Assembly: GCF_024700885.2 (NCBI RefSeq)
Contig: NZ_CP117016.1
Source: Escherichia coli
GTDB taxonomy: Bacteria > Pseudomonadota > Gammaproteobacteria > Enterobacterales > Enterobacteriaceae
DNA length: 64,000 nt
Direction: 5' to 3' (one strand)
Part shown: in pieces, positions 35,676 to 49,298 of the stretch
Layout: every line of letters begins with the position of its first letter
Numbering within the stretch: the stretch's first letter is position 1
The notes under the pieces: model-generated
Database searches by the model: none
Told to the model about the DNA's origin: nothing
The model's input: only the letters and a program-made list of their open reading frames with translations
Position numbers and translations under genes: made by a program

Positions 35676-35890
35676 AGAGGACGCTTCAGGGGCTGGACCA
35701 GTTGCGTCAGCCCCTCAGTTTTAATCAGCAGCGTGATTTGCATTAGCTCACCGAGCTTCCCTGCCGGGAACTCATCTTTGCGGGCAAACCACAGAAGATA
35801 CTCCTCCGGCAGGTCGATTAAGCGACGCCCTTTGTATTTGCCAAACGGCATTATCGTATTGGCTATTTCAATCAGCTGCTCTTTTTCCAT
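35672..35890 (-). CDS. ypeB: Small conserved protein (DUF3820-like) immediately downstream of ligA
   Basis: Internal ATG gives 72 aa (MEKEQLIEIANTIMPFGKYKGRRLIDLPEEYLLWFARK...); start is 1 nt after the ligA stop. Confidence 0.6.
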   Translation of the reverse strand: MEKEQLIEIANTIMPFGKYKGRRLIDLPEEYLLWFARKDEFPAGKLGELMQITLLIKTEGLTQLVQPLKRPL

Positions 35891-35891
35891 C

Positions 35892-37916
<2,025 letters not shown>

Positions 37917-37923
37917 TCAATGC

Positions 37924-37947
37924 TAAAAACCCCCGACAAGCGGGGGT
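37924..37947 (-). terminator. Putative terminator downstream of zipA
   Basis: Stem cccccg / cggggg with a T-run on the minus strand (complement of aaaaa at 37925-37929). Confidence 0.4.
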
Positions 37948-37977
37948 TCGAAGAGGAGTTAATTTGCCTTAAGTGTA

Positions 37978-38976
37978 TCAGGCGTTGGCGTCTTTGACTT
38001 CGCGGATGATGTCCTGGTACTCGCGCAATTTCTGCGGAGTCATCATACGGCGCTGATCGTCAAGCACTACACCGCCCACTTCATCGGCAATATGCTGCGC
38101 AGATTGCAGCATCAGCTTGAAGTTCTGCAGCTCGTCACCGTAAGACGGTACCTGCATAAAGATAGTGACACCCGGAGTAGTGAAATCCTTCATTTCAGGA
38201 TCAAAGGTTCCCGGTTTCACCATATTCGCCAGGCTGAATAACGCCGGGCCGCTGCCATCCGGGCTAAGATGACGATGGTAAATATTCATATCGCCAAAAA
38301 TGAAGCCCGCTTGTTGAATGCTGTTAAGAAGCAGTTCACCGTTTAGCTCGCTACCGTGATGCGCCGCGACGTTCATGATAATCACCGCTTCTTTACGCTT
38401 CGGTTTATCCATAACTGGAGCCGGTTCCGCTACAGGCTCAGGCTGTGGTACCGCTACGGGTTCTGCAGGCTGGAAAGCCTGTTGTGCCGGTTGCGGTGCT
38501 GAATGCACTGGCTGCGGCGCTGACGCGACTTGTGGCGAAACTGGCTGCTGCAACGGCTGTTCAGGCTGCGGCTGATAGGCAGGCTGCTGCACGGGTTGCT
38601 GCACCGGCTGCGCTGGACGCGGAGCATGTTGCGGCGGTACCTGCGCTTCAGGCGGCTGCTGGACCGGTTGACGCGGCTGCGCAGACGCATAAGGCGGTTG
38701 GTACTGGTGTTGCGGCGACGGACGAGCAGCCTCATGCTCCTGGGCGTTAGCCGGGGCATGATTCACGCGGTGAACACGAACCTCACCAACGCCCTCATCA
38801 TCTTCGACATCCTCGTCATAAGAATCGTCGTCACGTTTTGACTTCATTCGTTTTAATGGCCGATCGCGGAACATAGAAGATCGTTCTTTACGGCTGGTCC
38901 AGAAACCATGTACCAGTAAAGCGATTATGGCGATCGCGCCAACAATGATTAATATCAGACGCAAATCCTGCATCAT
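37978..38976 (-). CDS. zipA: Cell division protein ZipA (FtsZ membrane anchor)
   Basis: [34 protein letters not shown]-terminal anchor, long P/Q-rich linker, C-terminal FtsZ-binding domain; six-frame ORF extends to 39027. Confidence 0.85.
   Translation of the reverse strand: MMQDLRLILIIVGAIAIIALLVHGFWTSRKERSSMFRDRPLKRMKSKRDDDSYDEDVEDDEGVGEVRVHRVNHAPANAQEHEAARPSPQHQYQPPYASAQPRQPVQQPPEAQVPPQHAPRPAQPVQQPVQQPAYQPQPEQPLQQPVSPQVASAPQPVHSAPQPAQQAFQPAEPVAVPQPEPVAEPAPVMDKPKRKEAVIIMNVAAHHGSELNGELLLNSIQQAGFIFGDMNIYHRHLSPDGSGPALFSLANMVKPGTFDPEMKDFTTPGVTIFMQVPSYGDELQNFKLMLQSAQHIADEVGGVVLDDQRRMMTPQKLREYQDIIREVKDANA
38415..38766 (-). repeat. Low-complexity Pro/Gln-rich linker-coding repeats within zipA
   Basis: Repeated QPVQQP / PQPEQP / APQP units in protein and matching short GC-rich nucleotide repeats. 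Confidence 0.6.
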
Positions 38977-39205
38977 TATATTCTCTGTTGTTCTAACACC
39001 TTGCCACCACGGCAAACATTTACTCACTAAGAGTATTTGCCGATTACCTCAAGTGCAAGTGCACTATTAACTTTCACAGCACAAAGATAGATGAAATCGT
39101 GCTTTTTGCTGTTTTTTCGAACATATCCTAACTGTCCATTGCGCAATTACCCGGTAAAATACGCAGAATTTTCCTGGGATTGGTCAAAAGGAGCTCATCC
39201 TGATT

Positions 39206-39967
39206 ATGGTTTCATCATTCACATCTGCCCCACGCAGCGGTTTTTACTATTTTGCGCAAGGCTGGAAGCTCGTCTCGCAACCTGGGATTCGGCGTTTCGT
39301 TATTTTACCGCTGCTGGTCAATATTTTGTTGATGGGGGGCGCATTCTGGTGGCTCTTTACGCAACTCGATGTCTGGATCCCGACTCTCATGAGTTATGTT
39401 CCGGACTGGTTACAATGGCTGAGCTATCTGTTGTGGCCTCTGGCAGTCATCTCCGTGCTGTTAGTGTTTGGCTATTTCTTCTCAACGATTGCTAACTGGA
39501 TTGCCGCTCCGTTTAACGGTTTATTGGCTGAACAACTGGAAGCACGATTGACTGGCGCTACACCGCCAGATACCGGGATTTTCGGTATCATGAAAGATGT
39601 GCCGCGAATCATGAAACGCGAATGGCAAAAATTTGCGTGGTATCTGCCGCGCGCAATTGTATTGCTAATTCTTTACTTCATCCCTGGTATTGGGCAAACC
39701 GTCGCGCCGGTACTGTGGTTCCTGTTTAGCGCCTGGATGTTAGCCATCCAGTATTGCGATTACCCCTTCGATAACCACAAAGTGCCGTTTAAAGAGATGC
39801 GCACCGCCCTGCGCACACGCAAAATCACCAATATGCAGTTTGGTGCTTTAACCAGCCTGTTTACGATGATCCCTCTGCTTAATCTGTTCATCATGCCCGT
39901 TGCCGTTTGTGGTGCGACGGCGATGTGGGTCGATTGCTATCGCGATAAACACGCGATGTGGCGGTAA
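39206..39967 (+). CDS. cysZ: Sulfate transporter CysZ
   Basis: 253-aa membrane ORF; adjacent to cysK. Confidence 0.85.
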
Positions 39968-40151
39968 CAATCTACCGGTTATTTTGTAAACCGCTTGTGT
40001 GAAACAGGGGTGGCTTATGCCGCCCCTTATTCCATCTTGCATGTCATTATTTCCCTTCTGCATATAGATATGCTAAATCCTTACTTCCGCATATTCTCTG
40101 AGCGGGTATGCTACCTGTTGTATCCCAATTTCATACAGTTAAGGACAGGCC

Positions 40152-41123
40152 ATGAGTAAGATTTTTGAAGATAACTCGCTGACTATCGGTCACACGCCGC
40201 TGGTTCGCCTGAATCGCATCGGTAACGGACGCATTCTGGCGAAGGTGGAATCTCGTAACCCCAGCTTCAGCGTTAAGTGCCGTATCGGTGCCAACATGAT
40301 TTGGGATGCCGAAAAACGCGGCGTGCTGAAACCAGGCGTTGAACTGGTTGAACCAACCAGCGGTAATACCGGGATTGCACTGGCCTATGTCGCTGCCGCT
40401 CGCGGTTACAAACTTACCCTGACCATGCCAGAAACCATGAGTATTGAACGCCGCAAGCTGCTGAAAGCGTTAGGTGCAAACCTGGTGCTGACCGAAGGTG
40501 CTAAAGGCATGAAAGGCGCAATCCAAAAAGCAGAAGAAATTGTCGCCAGCAATCCAGAGAAATACCTGCTGCTGCAACAATTCAGCAATCCGGCAAACCC
40601 TGAAATTCACGAAAAAACCACCGGTCCGGAGATCTGGGAAGATACCGACGGTCAGGTTGATGTATTTATTGCTGGCGTTGGGACTGGCGGTACGCTGACC
40701 GGCGTCAGCCGCTACATTAAAGGCACCAAAGGCAAGACCGATCTTATCTCTGTCGCCGTTGAGCCAACCGATTCTCCAGTTATCGCCCAGGCACTGGCTG
40801 GTGAAGAGATTAAACCTGGCCCGCATAAAATTCAGGGTATTGGCGCAGGTTTTATCCCGGCTAACCTCGATCTCAAGCTGGTCGATAAAGTCATTGGCAT
40901 CACCAATGAAGAAGCCATTTCTACCGCGCGTCGTCTGATGGAAGAAGAAGGTATTCTTGCTGGTATCTCTTCTGGAGCAGCTGTTGCTGCGGCGTTGAAA
41001 CTACAAGAAGATGAAAGCTTTACCAACAAGAATATTGTGGTTATTCTACCGTCATCGGGTGAGCGTTATTTAAGCACCGCATTGTTTGCCGATCTCTTCA
41101 CTGAGAAAGAATTGCAACAGTAA
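40152..41123 (+). CDS. cysK: Cysteine synthase A (O-acetylserine sulfhydrylase A)
   Basis: 323-aa ORF with the PLP-binding lysine motif ([11 protein letters not shown]). Confidence 0.9.
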   Translation: MSKIFEDNSLTIGHTPLVRLNRIGNGRILAKVESRNPSFSVKCRIGANMIWDAEKRGVLKPGVELVEPTSGNTGIALAYVAAARGYKLTLTMPETMSIERRKLLKALGANLVLTEGAKGMKGAIQKAEEIVASNPEKYLLLQQFSNPANPEIHEKTTGPEIWEDTDGQVDVFIAGVGTGGTLTGVSRYIKGTKGKTDLISVAVEPTDSPVIAQALAGEEIKPGPHKIQGIGAGFIPANLDLKLVDKVIGITNEEAISTARRLMEEEGILAGISSGAAVAAALKLQEDESFTNKNIVVILPSSGERYLSTALFADLFTEKELQQ

Positions 41124-41144
41124 TGCCAGCTTGTTAAAAATGCG

Positions 41145-41173
41145 TAAAAAAGCACCTTTTCAGGTGCTTTTTT
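41145..41173 (+). terminator. Rho-independent terminator after cysK
   Basis: aaaaa-AGCACC-ttttca-GGTGCT-ttttt. Confidence 0.6.
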
Positions 41174-41506
41174 GTGGCCTGCTTCAAACTTTCGCCCCTC
41201 CTGGCATTGATTCAGCCTGTCGGAACTGGTATTTAACCAGACTAATTATTTTGATGCGCGAAATTAATCGTTACAGGAAAAGCCAAAGCTGAATCGATTT
41301 TATGATTTGGTTCAATTCTTCCTTTAGCGGCATAATGTTTAATGACGTACGAAACGTCAGCGGTCAACACCCGCCAGCAATGGACTGTATTGCGCTCTTC
41401 GTGCGTCGCGTCTGTTAAAAACTGGCGCTAACAATACAGGCTAAAGTCGAACCGCCAGGCTAGACTTTAGTTCCACAACACTAAACCTATAAGTTGGGGA
41501 AATACA

Positions 41507-41764
41507 ATGTTCCAGCAAGAAGTTACCATTACCGCTCCGAACGGTCTGCACACCCGCCCTGCTGCCCAGTTTGTAAAAGAAGCTAAGGGCTTCACTTCTG
41601 AAATTACTGTGACTTCCAACGGCAAAAGCGCCAGCGCGAAAAGCCTGTTTAAACTGCAGACTCTGGGCCTGACTCAAGGTACCGTTGTGACTATCTCCGC
41701 AGAAGGCGAAGACGAGCAGAAAGCGGTTGAACATCTGGTTAAACTGATGGCGGAACTCGAGTAA
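41507..41764 (+). CDS. ptsH: Phosphocarrier protein HPr
   Basis: 85-aa [32 protein letters not shown] with active-site His15 context. Confidence 0.95.
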
Positions 41765-41808
41765 TTTCCCGGGTTCTTTTAAAAATCAGTCACAAGTAAG
41801 GTAGGGTT

Positions 41809-43536
41809 ATGATTTCAGGCATTTTAGCATCCCCGGGTATCGCTTTCGGTAAAGCTCTGCTTCTGAAAGAAGACGAAATTGTCATTGACCGGAAAAAAAT
41901 TTCTGCCGACCAGGTTGATCAGGAAGTTGAACGTTTTCTGAGCGGTCGTGCCAAGGCATCAGCCCAGCTGGAAACGATCAAAACGAAAGCTGGTGAAACG
42001 TTCGGTGAAGAAAAAGAAGCCATCTTTGAAGGGCATATTATGCTGCTCGAAGATGAGGAGCTGGAGCAGGAAATCATAGCCCTGATTAAAGATAAGCACA
42101 TGACAGCTGACGCAGCTGCTCATGAAGTTATCGAAGGTCAGGCTTCTGCCCTGGAAGAGCTGGATGATGAATACCTGAAAGAACGTGCGGCTGACGTACG
42201 TGATATCGGTAAGCGCCTGCTGCGCAACATCCTGGGCCTGAAGATTATCGACCTGAGCGCCATTCAGGATGAAGTCATTCTGGTTGCCGCTGACCTGACG
42301 CCGTCCGAAACTGCACAGCTGAACCTGAAGAAGGTGCTGGGTTTCATCACCGACGCGGGTGGCCGTACTTCCCACACCTCTATCATGGCGCGTTCTCTGG
42401 AACTGCCTGCTATCGTGGGTACCGGTAGCGTCACCTCTCAGGTGAAAAATGACGACTATCTGATTCTGGATGCCGTAAATAATCAGGTTTACGTCAATCC
42501 AACCAACGAAGTTATTGATAAAATGCGCGCTGTTCAGGAGCAAGTGGCTTCTGAAAAAGCAGAGCTTGCTAAACTGAAAGATCTGCCAGCTATTACGCTG
42601 GACGGTCACCAGGTAGAAGTGTGCGCTAACATTGGTACGGTTCGTGACGTTGAAGGTGCAGAGCGTAACGGCGCTGAAGGCGTTGGTCTGTATCGTACTG
42701 AGTTCCTGTTCATGGACCGCGACGCGCTGCCCACTGAAGAAGAACAGTTTGCTGCTTACAAAGCAGTGGCTGAAGCGTGTGGCTCGCAGGCGGTTATCGT
42801 TCGTACCATGGACATCGGCGGCGACAAAGAGCTGCCATACATGAACTTCCCGAAAGAAGAGAACCCGTTCCTCGGCTGGCGCGCTATCCGTATCGCGATG
42901 GATCGTAAAGAGATCCTGCGCGATCAGCTCCGCGCTATCCTGCGTGCCTCAGCTTTCGGTAAATTGCGCATTATGTTCCCGATGATCATCTCTGTTGAAG
43001 AAGTACGTGCACTGCGCAAAGAGATCGAAATCTACAAACAGGAACTGCGCGACGAAGGTAAAGCGTTTGACGAGTCAATTGAAATCGGCGTAATGGTGGA
43101 AACACCGGCTGCCGCAACAATTGCACGTCATTTAGCCAAAGAAGTTGATTTCTTTAGTATCGGCACCAATGATTTAACGCAGTACACTCTGGCAGTTGAC
43201 CGTGGTAATGATATGATTTCACACCTTTACCAGCCAATGTCACCGTCCGTGCTGAACTTGATCAAGCAAGTTATTGATGCTTCTCATGCTGAAGGCAAAT
43301 GGACTGGCATGTGTGGTGAGCTTGCTGGCGATGAACGTGCTACACTTCTGTTGCTGGGGATGGGTCTGGACGAATTCTCTATGAGCGCCATTTCTATCCC
43401 GCGCATTAAGAAGATTATCCGTAACACGAACTTCGAAGATGCGAAGGTGTTAGCAGAGCAGGCTCTTGCTCAACCGACAACGGACGAGTTAATGACGCTG
43501 GTTAACAAGTTCATTGAAGAAAAAACAATCTGCTAA
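41809..43536 (+). CDS. ptsI: PTS Enzyme I (phosphoenolpyruvate-protein phosphotransferase)
   Basis: 575-aa ORF with [13 protein letters not shown] phosphohistidine motif. Confidence 0.95.
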   Translation: MISGILASPGIAFGKALLLKEDEIVIDRKKISADQVDQEVERFLSGRAKASAQLETIKTKAGETFGEEKEAIFEGHIMLLEDEELEQEIIALIKDKHMTADAAAHEVIEGQASALEELDDEYLKERAADVRDIGKRLLRNILGLKIIDLSAIQDEVILVAADLTPSETAQLNLKKVLGFITDAGGRTSHTSIMARSLELPAIVGTGSVTSQVKNDDYLILDAVNNQVYVNPTNEVIDKMRAVQEQVASEKAELAKLKDLPAITLDGHQVEVCANIGTVRDVEGAERNGAEGVGLYRTEFLFMDRDALPTEEEQFAAYKAVAEACGSQAVIVRTMDIGGDKELPYMNFPKEENPFLGWRAIRIAMDRKEILRDQLRAILRASAFGKLRIMFPMIISVEEVRALRKEIEIYKQELRDEGKAFDESIEIGVMVETPAAATIARHLAKEVDFFSIGTNDLTQYTLAVDRGNDMISHLYQPMSPSVLNLIKQVIDASHAEGKWTGMCGELAGDERATLLLLGMGLDEFSMSAISIPRIKKIIRNTNFEDAKVLAEQALAQPTTDELMTLVNKFIEEKTIC

Positions 43537-43576
43537 TCCACGAGATGCGGCCCAATTTACTGCTTAGGAGAAGATC

Positions 43577-44086
43577 ATGGGTTTGTTCGATAAACTGAAA
43601 TCTCTGGTTTCCGACGACAAGAAGGATACCGGAACTATTGAGATCATTGCTCCGCTCTCTGGCGAGATCGTCAATATCGAAGACGTGCCGGATGTCGTTT
43701 TTGCGGAAAAAATCGTTGGTGATGGCATTGCTATCAAACCAACTGGAAACAAAATGGTCGCGCCTGTAGACGGCACCATTGGTAAAATCTTTGAAACCAA
43801 CCACGCGTTCTCTATCGAATCTGATAGCGGCGTTGAACTGTTCGTCCACTTCGGTATCGACACCGTTGAACTGAAAGGCGAAGGCTTCAAGCGTATTGCT
43901 GAAGAAGGTCAGCGCGTGAAAGTTGGCGATACTGTCATTGAATTTGATCTGCCGCTGCTGGAAGAGAAAGCCAAGTCTACCCTGACTCCGGTTGTTATCT
44001 CCAACATGGACGAAATCAAAGAACTGATCAAACTGTCCGGTAGCGTAACCGTGGGTGAAACCCCGGTTATCCGCATCAAGAAGTAA
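43577..44086 (+). CDS. crr: PTS glucose-specific Enzyme IIA (EIIA-Glc)
   Basis: 169-aa [42 protein letters not shown]. Confidence 0.95.
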
Positions 44087-44095
44087 TTCTTGCCG

Positions 44096-44129
44096 CAGTG
44101 AAAAATGGCGCCCATCGGCGCCATTTTTT
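44096..44129. terminator. Bidirectional rho-independent terminator between crr and pdxK
   Basis: aaaaa-TGGCGCC-catc-GGCGCCA-tttttt. Confidence 0.6.
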
Positions 44130-44982
44130 ATGCTTCCGCCAGCGGCGGCAAAATCAATTCATCGCTCTCATGCTGCTGGGTGTAGCGCATCACTTCCAGT
44201 ACGCGCAACCCCGCACGGTGCACCGCATCGTTTAACGCCTTCCCTTTCAGCAAACCACTGATAAGCTGAGCACAAAACAGGTCGCCAGTCCCTTTCAGGT
44301 CAGTTTTAACCCGTGAATGGGAAATGACATTCACGCTGTCGGCACTGACCACCACCACCACCTGCATCTCCTGATTTTCTTCGTTACCGGAGGCGCTGGT
44401 AATCACCACCCATTTTAATGTGTCTGAAAGCAGACTTTTTGCGGCAGCAATGGCACTGTCGAGATCGCGGCAATTTTTACCGGTCAGGATTTCCAGCTCA
44501 AAGATATTGGGGGTAATTCCCTGCGCCAGCGGCAGTAAATATTGTCGATACGCCTCGGGAAGGTCAGGTTTGACATAAATTCCGCTATCAATATCGCCAA
44601 TCACCGGATCGACCATGATCAATAGGTCAGGATGGTCTTTGCGTAGCGCAGTCATCCACTCGGCAAGGATTTTGATTTGCGATGCCGTTCCCATATAGCC
44701 CGTGGTTACAGCTCGAAGTTGGCGCAGCGCATCACGCTCCTGAAGCGCACGCAAATAGCCGCTAAACCATTCGTCCGGAATCGCACCACCGTAGAAAGTG
44801 TCATAATGCGGCGTATTGCTCAGCAATACCGTCGGCACGGCAAAGACATTCAGGCCGTTCTGTTTGATAGCAGGCACGGCAATGCTGTTGCCTACGCTGC
44901 CGTACACTACCTGCGACTGCACGGCGACGATATCCGCCTGCAATGCCCTGCTCTTATCGTTAAACAACAACAAACTACTCAT
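44128..44982 (-). CDS. pdxK: Pyridoxal/pyridoxine/pyridoxamine kinase
   Basis: 284-aa ribokinase-superfamily [36 protein letters not shown]. Confidence 0.8.
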   Translation of the reverse strand: MSSLLLFNDKSRALQADIVAVQSQVVYGSVGNSIAVPAIKQNGLNVFAVPTVLLSNTPHYDTFYGGAIPDEWFSGYLRALQERDALRQLRAVTTGYMGTASQIKILAEWMTALRKDHPDLLIMVDPVIGDIDSGIYVKPDLPEAYRQYLLPLAQGITPNIFELEILTGKNCRDLDSAIAAAKSLLSDTLKWVVITSASGNEENQEMQVVVVVSADSVNVISHSRVKTDLKGTGDLFCAQLISGLLKGKALNDAVHRAGLRVLEVMRYTQQHESDELILPPLAEA

Positions 44983-44995
44983 TTAATTTTTTCTC

Positions 44996-45061
<66 letters not shown>

Positions 45062-45086
45062 CACAAAACAAGGATAAGGTAATTCA

Positions 45087-45455
45087 ATGAAGAAAATCAT
45101 TTGTCTGGTCATTACGCTGCTAATGACACTCCCCGTTTACGCGAAGTTAACTGCCCATGAAGAAGCCCGTATCAACGCCATGCTGGAGGGATTAGCACAG
45201 AAAAAGGATTTGATATTTGTGCGTAACGGCGATGAACACACCTGTGATGAAGCGGTTTCCCACCTGCGTCTGAAGCTCGGCAACACGCGCAACCGCATTG
45301 ACACCGCCGAGCAGTTTATTGATAAGGTGGCCTCGTCGTCATCGATTACCGGGAAGCCGTATATCGTGAAGATGCCCGGTAAAAGCGATGAGAACGCACA
45401 ACCTTTTTTACATGCGCTAATTGCGCAGACGGATAAAACAGTGCCTGCGCAATAA
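45087..45455 (+). CDS. yfeK: Small periplasmic protein of unknown function
   Basis: 122-aa ORF with signal peptide [19 protein letters not shown]. Confidence 0.65.
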   Translation: MKKIICLVITLLMTLPVYAKLTAHEEARINAMLEGLAQKKDLIFVRNGDEHTCDEAVSHLRLKLGNTRNRIDTAEQFIDKVASSSSITGKPYIVKMPGKSDENAQPFLHALIAQTDKTVPAQ

Positions 45456-45457
45456 TC

Positions 45458-46369
45458 TTAAATCCCTGCCCCCTGACTAAAATGCTCTTCCCCAAACACC
45501 CCGGTAGAAAGGTAGCGATCGCCACGATCGCAGATGATCGCTACCACCACCGCACCGGGGTTAGCCTTTGCCACGCGCAGTGCTCCGGCAACCGCGCCGC
45601 CGGAGCTGACGCCACAGAATATTCCTTCCCGCACTGCCAGTTCGCGCATGGTGTTTTCTGCATCGCGCTGATGAATATCCAGCACCTCATCCACCAGCGA
45701 AGCGTTGAAAATCCCCGGCAGATATTCCGCAGGCCAGCGGCGAATGCCGGGAATGCTACTGCCCTCTTCCGGCTGCAGGCCAACAATGGTCACCGGTTTG
45801 GATTGTTCGCGCATAAAGCGTGAAACGCCGGTGATAGTGCCGGTTGTTCCCATGCTGGAGACAAAATGGGTAATGCGCCCGCCAGTTTGCTGCCAGATTT
45901 CCGGCCCGGTGGTGGTGTAATGGGCGAAGGGATTATCAGGATTATTGAACTGATCGAGCAGCTTTCCTTCACCACGATTCGCCATCTCCAGCGCCAGATC
46001 GCGCGCACCTTCCATGCCCTGTTCTTTAGTGACCAGAATTAGCTCCGCGCCGTAGGCACGCATCGCCGCACGGCGTTCCTGGCTCATGTTGTCGGGCATC
46101 AGCAATTTCATGCGATAGCCTTTAAGCGCGGCAATCATTGCCAGCGCAATGCCGGTGTTACCACTGGTGGCTTCGATTAAGACATCACCCGGTTTAATTT
46201 CCCCGCGCTTTTCCGCCTCGACGATCATCGAAAGCGCCGCACGATCTTTCACCGAACCTGCCGGGTTATTGCCTTCCAGTTTTAACCACACTTCACTGCC
46301 GTTATCCGGCCCCATTCGCTGCAACTTCACCAGAGGCGTATTGCCTATTGTTTGTTCTAATGTACTCAC
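45458..46369 (-). CDS. cysM: Cysteine synthase B (O-acetylserine sulfhydrylase B)
   Basis: (V)STLEQTIGNTPLVKLQRMGPDNGSEVWLKLEGNNPAGSVKDRAA; GTG at 46369 gives 303 aa (six-frame ORF extends to 46447). Confidence 0.85.
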   Translation of the reverse strand: MSTLEQTIGNTPLVKLQRMGPDNGSEVWLKLEGNNPAGSVKDRAALSMIVEAEKRGEIKPGDVLIEATSGNTGIALAMIAALKGYRMKLLMPDNMSQERRAAMRAYGAELILVTKEQGMEGARDLALEMANRGEGKLLDQFNNPDNPFAHYTTTGPEIWQQTGGRITHFVSSMGTTGTITGVSRFMREQSKPVTIVGLQPEEGSSIPGIRRWPAEYLPGIFNASLVDEVLDIHQRDAENTMRELAVREGIFCGVSSGGAVAGALRVAKANPGAVVVAIICDRGDRYLSTGVFGEEHFSQGAGI

Positions 46370-46392
46370 GATCTCTATCCATACGTGGTGTT

Positions 46393-46428
46393 GCCTGATG
46401 CGACGCTTGCGCGTCTTATCAGGCCTAC
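46393..46428. repeat. REP (palindromic unit) between cysM and cysA
   Basis: GCCTGATGCGACGCTTGCGCGTCTTATCAGGCCTAC. Confidence 0.7.
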
Positions 46429-46502
46429 AGGTTACAAACCTTGCCATTAAAAAGCCCGGATCGCGGGAAGCGCCTCCGGGCGTTTAACATTCACTCAACC
46501 TA

Positions 46503-47600
46503 TCAGGCGCTTTGTGCGAGAGCAAGTTCCTCATCTCGGGTTTCGATACGCTCGTCGCCGTTATACAGCCGCGCATGTTGCAGACCAACGAATAAACGCT
46601 CGCCACGCTGCGGGGCATCGTCGCCATGCATCACAACCGTCAGCGCTTCGTTGTACCACCCCAGCGGCTGCACGACTAATTGGGTGTAGTGGCCTTTCGG
46701 GCTGGCTTCCAGTACCTGTACCGGCAGCGGCGAATCGAGGCTGGTACGGCGGCTGATATCCACTTCCCACGGACGCAGGAAGAGATCCACTGGCCCCTGA
46801 TACGCAGGTGTATAGCCCAGCGGCCAGCGATGTGCGCCAACATGGAACTGCCCGCCGCGAATGGTTCCCTGCAGGCGGTTCACTTCGCCCATAAATTCGA
46901 GTACAAAACGGGTCGCTGGTTCACGCCATACCTGGTCCGGTGCATCAGCCTGCTCGATATTGCCCTGGCTCATCACCACTACACGATCGGCTACTTCGGT
47001 CGCTTCTTCCTGATCATGGGTCACAAACACGCTGGTGAATTTCAGCTCTTCATGTAACTGACGCAGCCAGCGACGCAACTCTTTACGCACCTGCGCATCC
47101 AGCGCGCCAAACGGTTCATCAAGCAGCAGAATTTGCGGTTCTACAGCCAGCGCGCGCGCCAGTGCCACACGCTGTTTCTGGCCGCCGGAAAGCTGTGCTG
47201 GATAACGATCCGCCAGATGGGCAAGCTGCACCATCTCCAGCAATTTTGTCACTTTCGCTTTGATCGCCGCCGCATTCGGGCGCTCGCGACGCGGTAGCAC
47301 CGTCAGGCCGAAAGCGATATTGTCGAACACCGTCATATGGCGGAACAGCGCATAGTGCTGGAACACGAAACCAACTTTACGATCGCGCGCATGCAGGCGG
47401 CTGACGTCGGTGCCGTGGAAGCGAATATGCCCGCTGGTTTGATGCTCCAGCCCGGCGATAATCCGCAGCAGCGTGGTTTTCCCGGAACCAGACGGCCCCA
47501 GCAATGCGACCATCTGACCAGAAGGAATATCCAGTGAGATATCGTTCAGCACCTGGGTGCGACCAAAAGACTTCTTAATATTGGCAATCTCAATGCTCAT
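46503..47600 (-). CDS. cysA: Sulfate/thiosulfate ABC transporter ATP-binding protein
   Basis: 365-aa ORF with Walker [10 protein letters not shown] and ABC signature LSGGQKQR. Confidence 0.9.
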   Translation of the reverse strand: MSIEIANIKKSFGRTQVLNDISLDIPSGQMVALLGPSGSGKTTLLRIIAGLEHQTSGHIRFHGTDVSRLHARDRKVGFVFQHYALFRHMTVFDNIAFGLTVLPRRERPNAAAIKAKVTKLLEMVQLAHLADRYPAQLSGGQKQRVALARALAVEPQILLLDEPFGALDAQVRKELRRWLRQLHEELKFTSVFVTHDQEEATEVADRVVVMSQGNIEQADAPDQVWREPATRFVLEFMGEVNRLQGTIRGGQFHVGAHRWPLGYTPAYQGPVDLFLRPWEVDISRRTSLDSPLPVQVLEASPKGHYTQLVVQPLGWYNEALTVVMHGDDAPQRGERLFVGLQHARLYNGDERIETRDEELALAQSA

Positions 47601-48465
47601 GATGTTCCTCCTGCTGCGCGCGTTTTTCCTGATTCTCCAGACGCCACTGCAACATACTCTTTAAAAACAGGGTGATAATCGCCATCAGCGTCAACAACGC
47701 GGCAGCGGTAAAGGAGCCGACGGTGTTGTAGTCCTGCTCAAGCAATTCAATCTGTAACGGCAGCGAAAGTGTTTCGCCGCGAATCGAGCCGGAAACCACC
47801 GACACCGCACCAAACTCGCCAATCGCGCGGGCGTTGGTCAGCACCACGCCATAAAGCAGCGCCCAGCGGATGTTCGGCAGCGTGACGCGGCGAAACATCT
47901 GCCAGCCAGACGCGCCAAGCAAAATTGCCGCTTCGTCTTCCTGGCTGCCCTGGCTTAACATCACCGGCACCAGCTCACGCACCACAAACGGACACGTCAC
48001 GAAGATGGTGACCAGCACCATTCCCGGCCAGGAGAACATAATTTGCAGATTATGTTCATCCAGCCAGCCACCGAGCGGGCCGTTAGAGCCGTAGAACAGC
48101 AGATACACCAGACCGGCAACCACCGGCGACACGGCAAACGGAATGTCCAGCAGCGTCAGCAGCAACTGGCGTCCAGGGAAGTTAAAGCGCGTCACCAGCC
48201 AGGCCAGCAGAATGCCGAACACCAGGTTTACCGGTACGGCAATCAGCGCGATCATCACCGTCAGCCAGATGGCGTGCAGCATGTCCGGATCGGCCAGATT
48301 CTGTAAAACCGGCATCAGCCCTTTGCTGAACGCCTGTACGAAGATATAAATCATCGGCACCAGCAGGATGAACGCCGATACCAGCATCCCGATGCCAATC
48401 AGAAACCATTTGCCCCAGTTAATCGGGCGCGCGTCATAACGCTTCAATTGGGTAACTTCCGCCAT
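47590..48465 (-). CDS. cysW: Sulfate/thiosulfate ABC transporter permease
   Basis: 291-aa permease ORF; start overlaps cysU stop. Confidence 0.9.
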   Translation of the reverse strand: MAEVTQLKRYDARPINWGKWFLIGIGMLVSAFILLVPMIYIFVQAFSKGLMPVLQNLADPDMLHAIWLTVMIALIAVPVNLVFGILLAWLVTRFNFPGRQLLLTLLDIPFAVSPVVAGLVYLLFYGSNGPLGGWLDEHNLQIMFSWPGMVLVTIFVTCPFVVRELVPVMLSQGSQEDEAAILLGASGWQMFRRVTLPNIRWALLYGVVLTNARAIGEFGAVSVVSGSIRGETLSLPLQIELLEQDYNTVGSFTAAALLTLMAIITLFLKSMLQWRLENQEKRAQQEEHHEH

Positions 48466-49298
48466 TAATGACCTACCACACGCCGACCAAAGCGACTTTG
48501 CAGAGTGTTAATTGAGAACAGCAGCAGCAGGGATGCCGCGAGGATCACCGAAGCAATCGCGCTCGCCGCCGGGTAATCAAACTCCTGCAAGCGCACAAAA
48601 ATCATCAGCGACGTCACTTCCGTCTTCCAGGCGATGTTCCCGGCGATAAAAATCACCGCGCCAAACTCACCAAGACTACGAGTAAACGACAGCGCCACGC
48701 CCGCCACCAGCGCCGGAGAAAGTTCCGGCAGCACCACTTTGCAGAAACTCTGCCAGCGCGTTGCACCAAGCGTTTCTGCCGCTTCTTCATATTCCGGGCC
48801 TAACTCTTCCAGCACCGGCTGCACGGTACGCACCACAAACGGAATACTGGTAAAAGCCATCGCCACCGCAATCCCCAGCCAGGTATAGGTAACTTTGATA
48901 TCAAACTTCGCCAGCCATTCACCGTAAAAACCGTTCACGGAAAAGAGCGAGGCCAGCGTTAAACCGGCGACTGCCGTTGGCAGCGCAAAGGGTAAATCCA
49001 TCAGCGCATCAAGCAGCGTGCGGCCCGGAAAGCGATAACGGGTTAAGATCCACGCCATCAGCAGGCCGAAAACGCCGTTAAAAATTGATGCCACAAACGC
49101 CGACAGCAGCGTCACTTTGTAGGCCGCGACCACTTGTGGGTTGGTGATCACCTCCCAGTACTGCGCCCAGCTCATCTGAGCCAGCTGCATCACCAGCGCG
49201 GAGAGCGGCAGCAGCAAAATAAGGCACACAAACAGCAGACTGGTGCCGAGGCTTAAGGTAAAGCCCGGCAGCACGCGTCTTGATGAAACTGCAAACAT
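48465..49298 (-). CDS. cysU: Sulfate/thiosulfate ABC transporter permease
   Basis: 277-aa permease ORF; start overlaps cysP stop. Confidence 0.9.
   Translation of the reverse strand: MFAVSSRRVLPGFTLSLGTSLLFVCLILLLPLSALVMQLAQMSWAQYWEVITNPQVVAAYKVTLLSAFVASIFNGVFGLLMAWILTRYRFPGRTLLDALMDLPFALPTAVAGLTLASLFSVNGFYGEWLAKFDIKVTYTWLGIAVAMAFTSIPFVVRTVQPVLEELGPEYEEAAETLGATRWQSFCKVVLPELSPALVAGVALSFTRSLGEFGAVIFIAGNIAWKTEVTSLMIFVRLQEFDYPAASAIASVILAASLLLLFSINTLQSRFGRRVVGH

Noticed and set aside
38375-38841. Short GC-rich repeats and several overlapping ORFs in both orientations; considered as a possible CRISPR-like or repeat array
   Set aside because: Repeats are irregular and are fully explained by the Pro/Gln-rich linker codons of zipA; no spacer-repeat periodicity.
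41959-42609. 216-aa ORF antisense to ptsI
   Set aside because: Shadow ORF inside ptsI.
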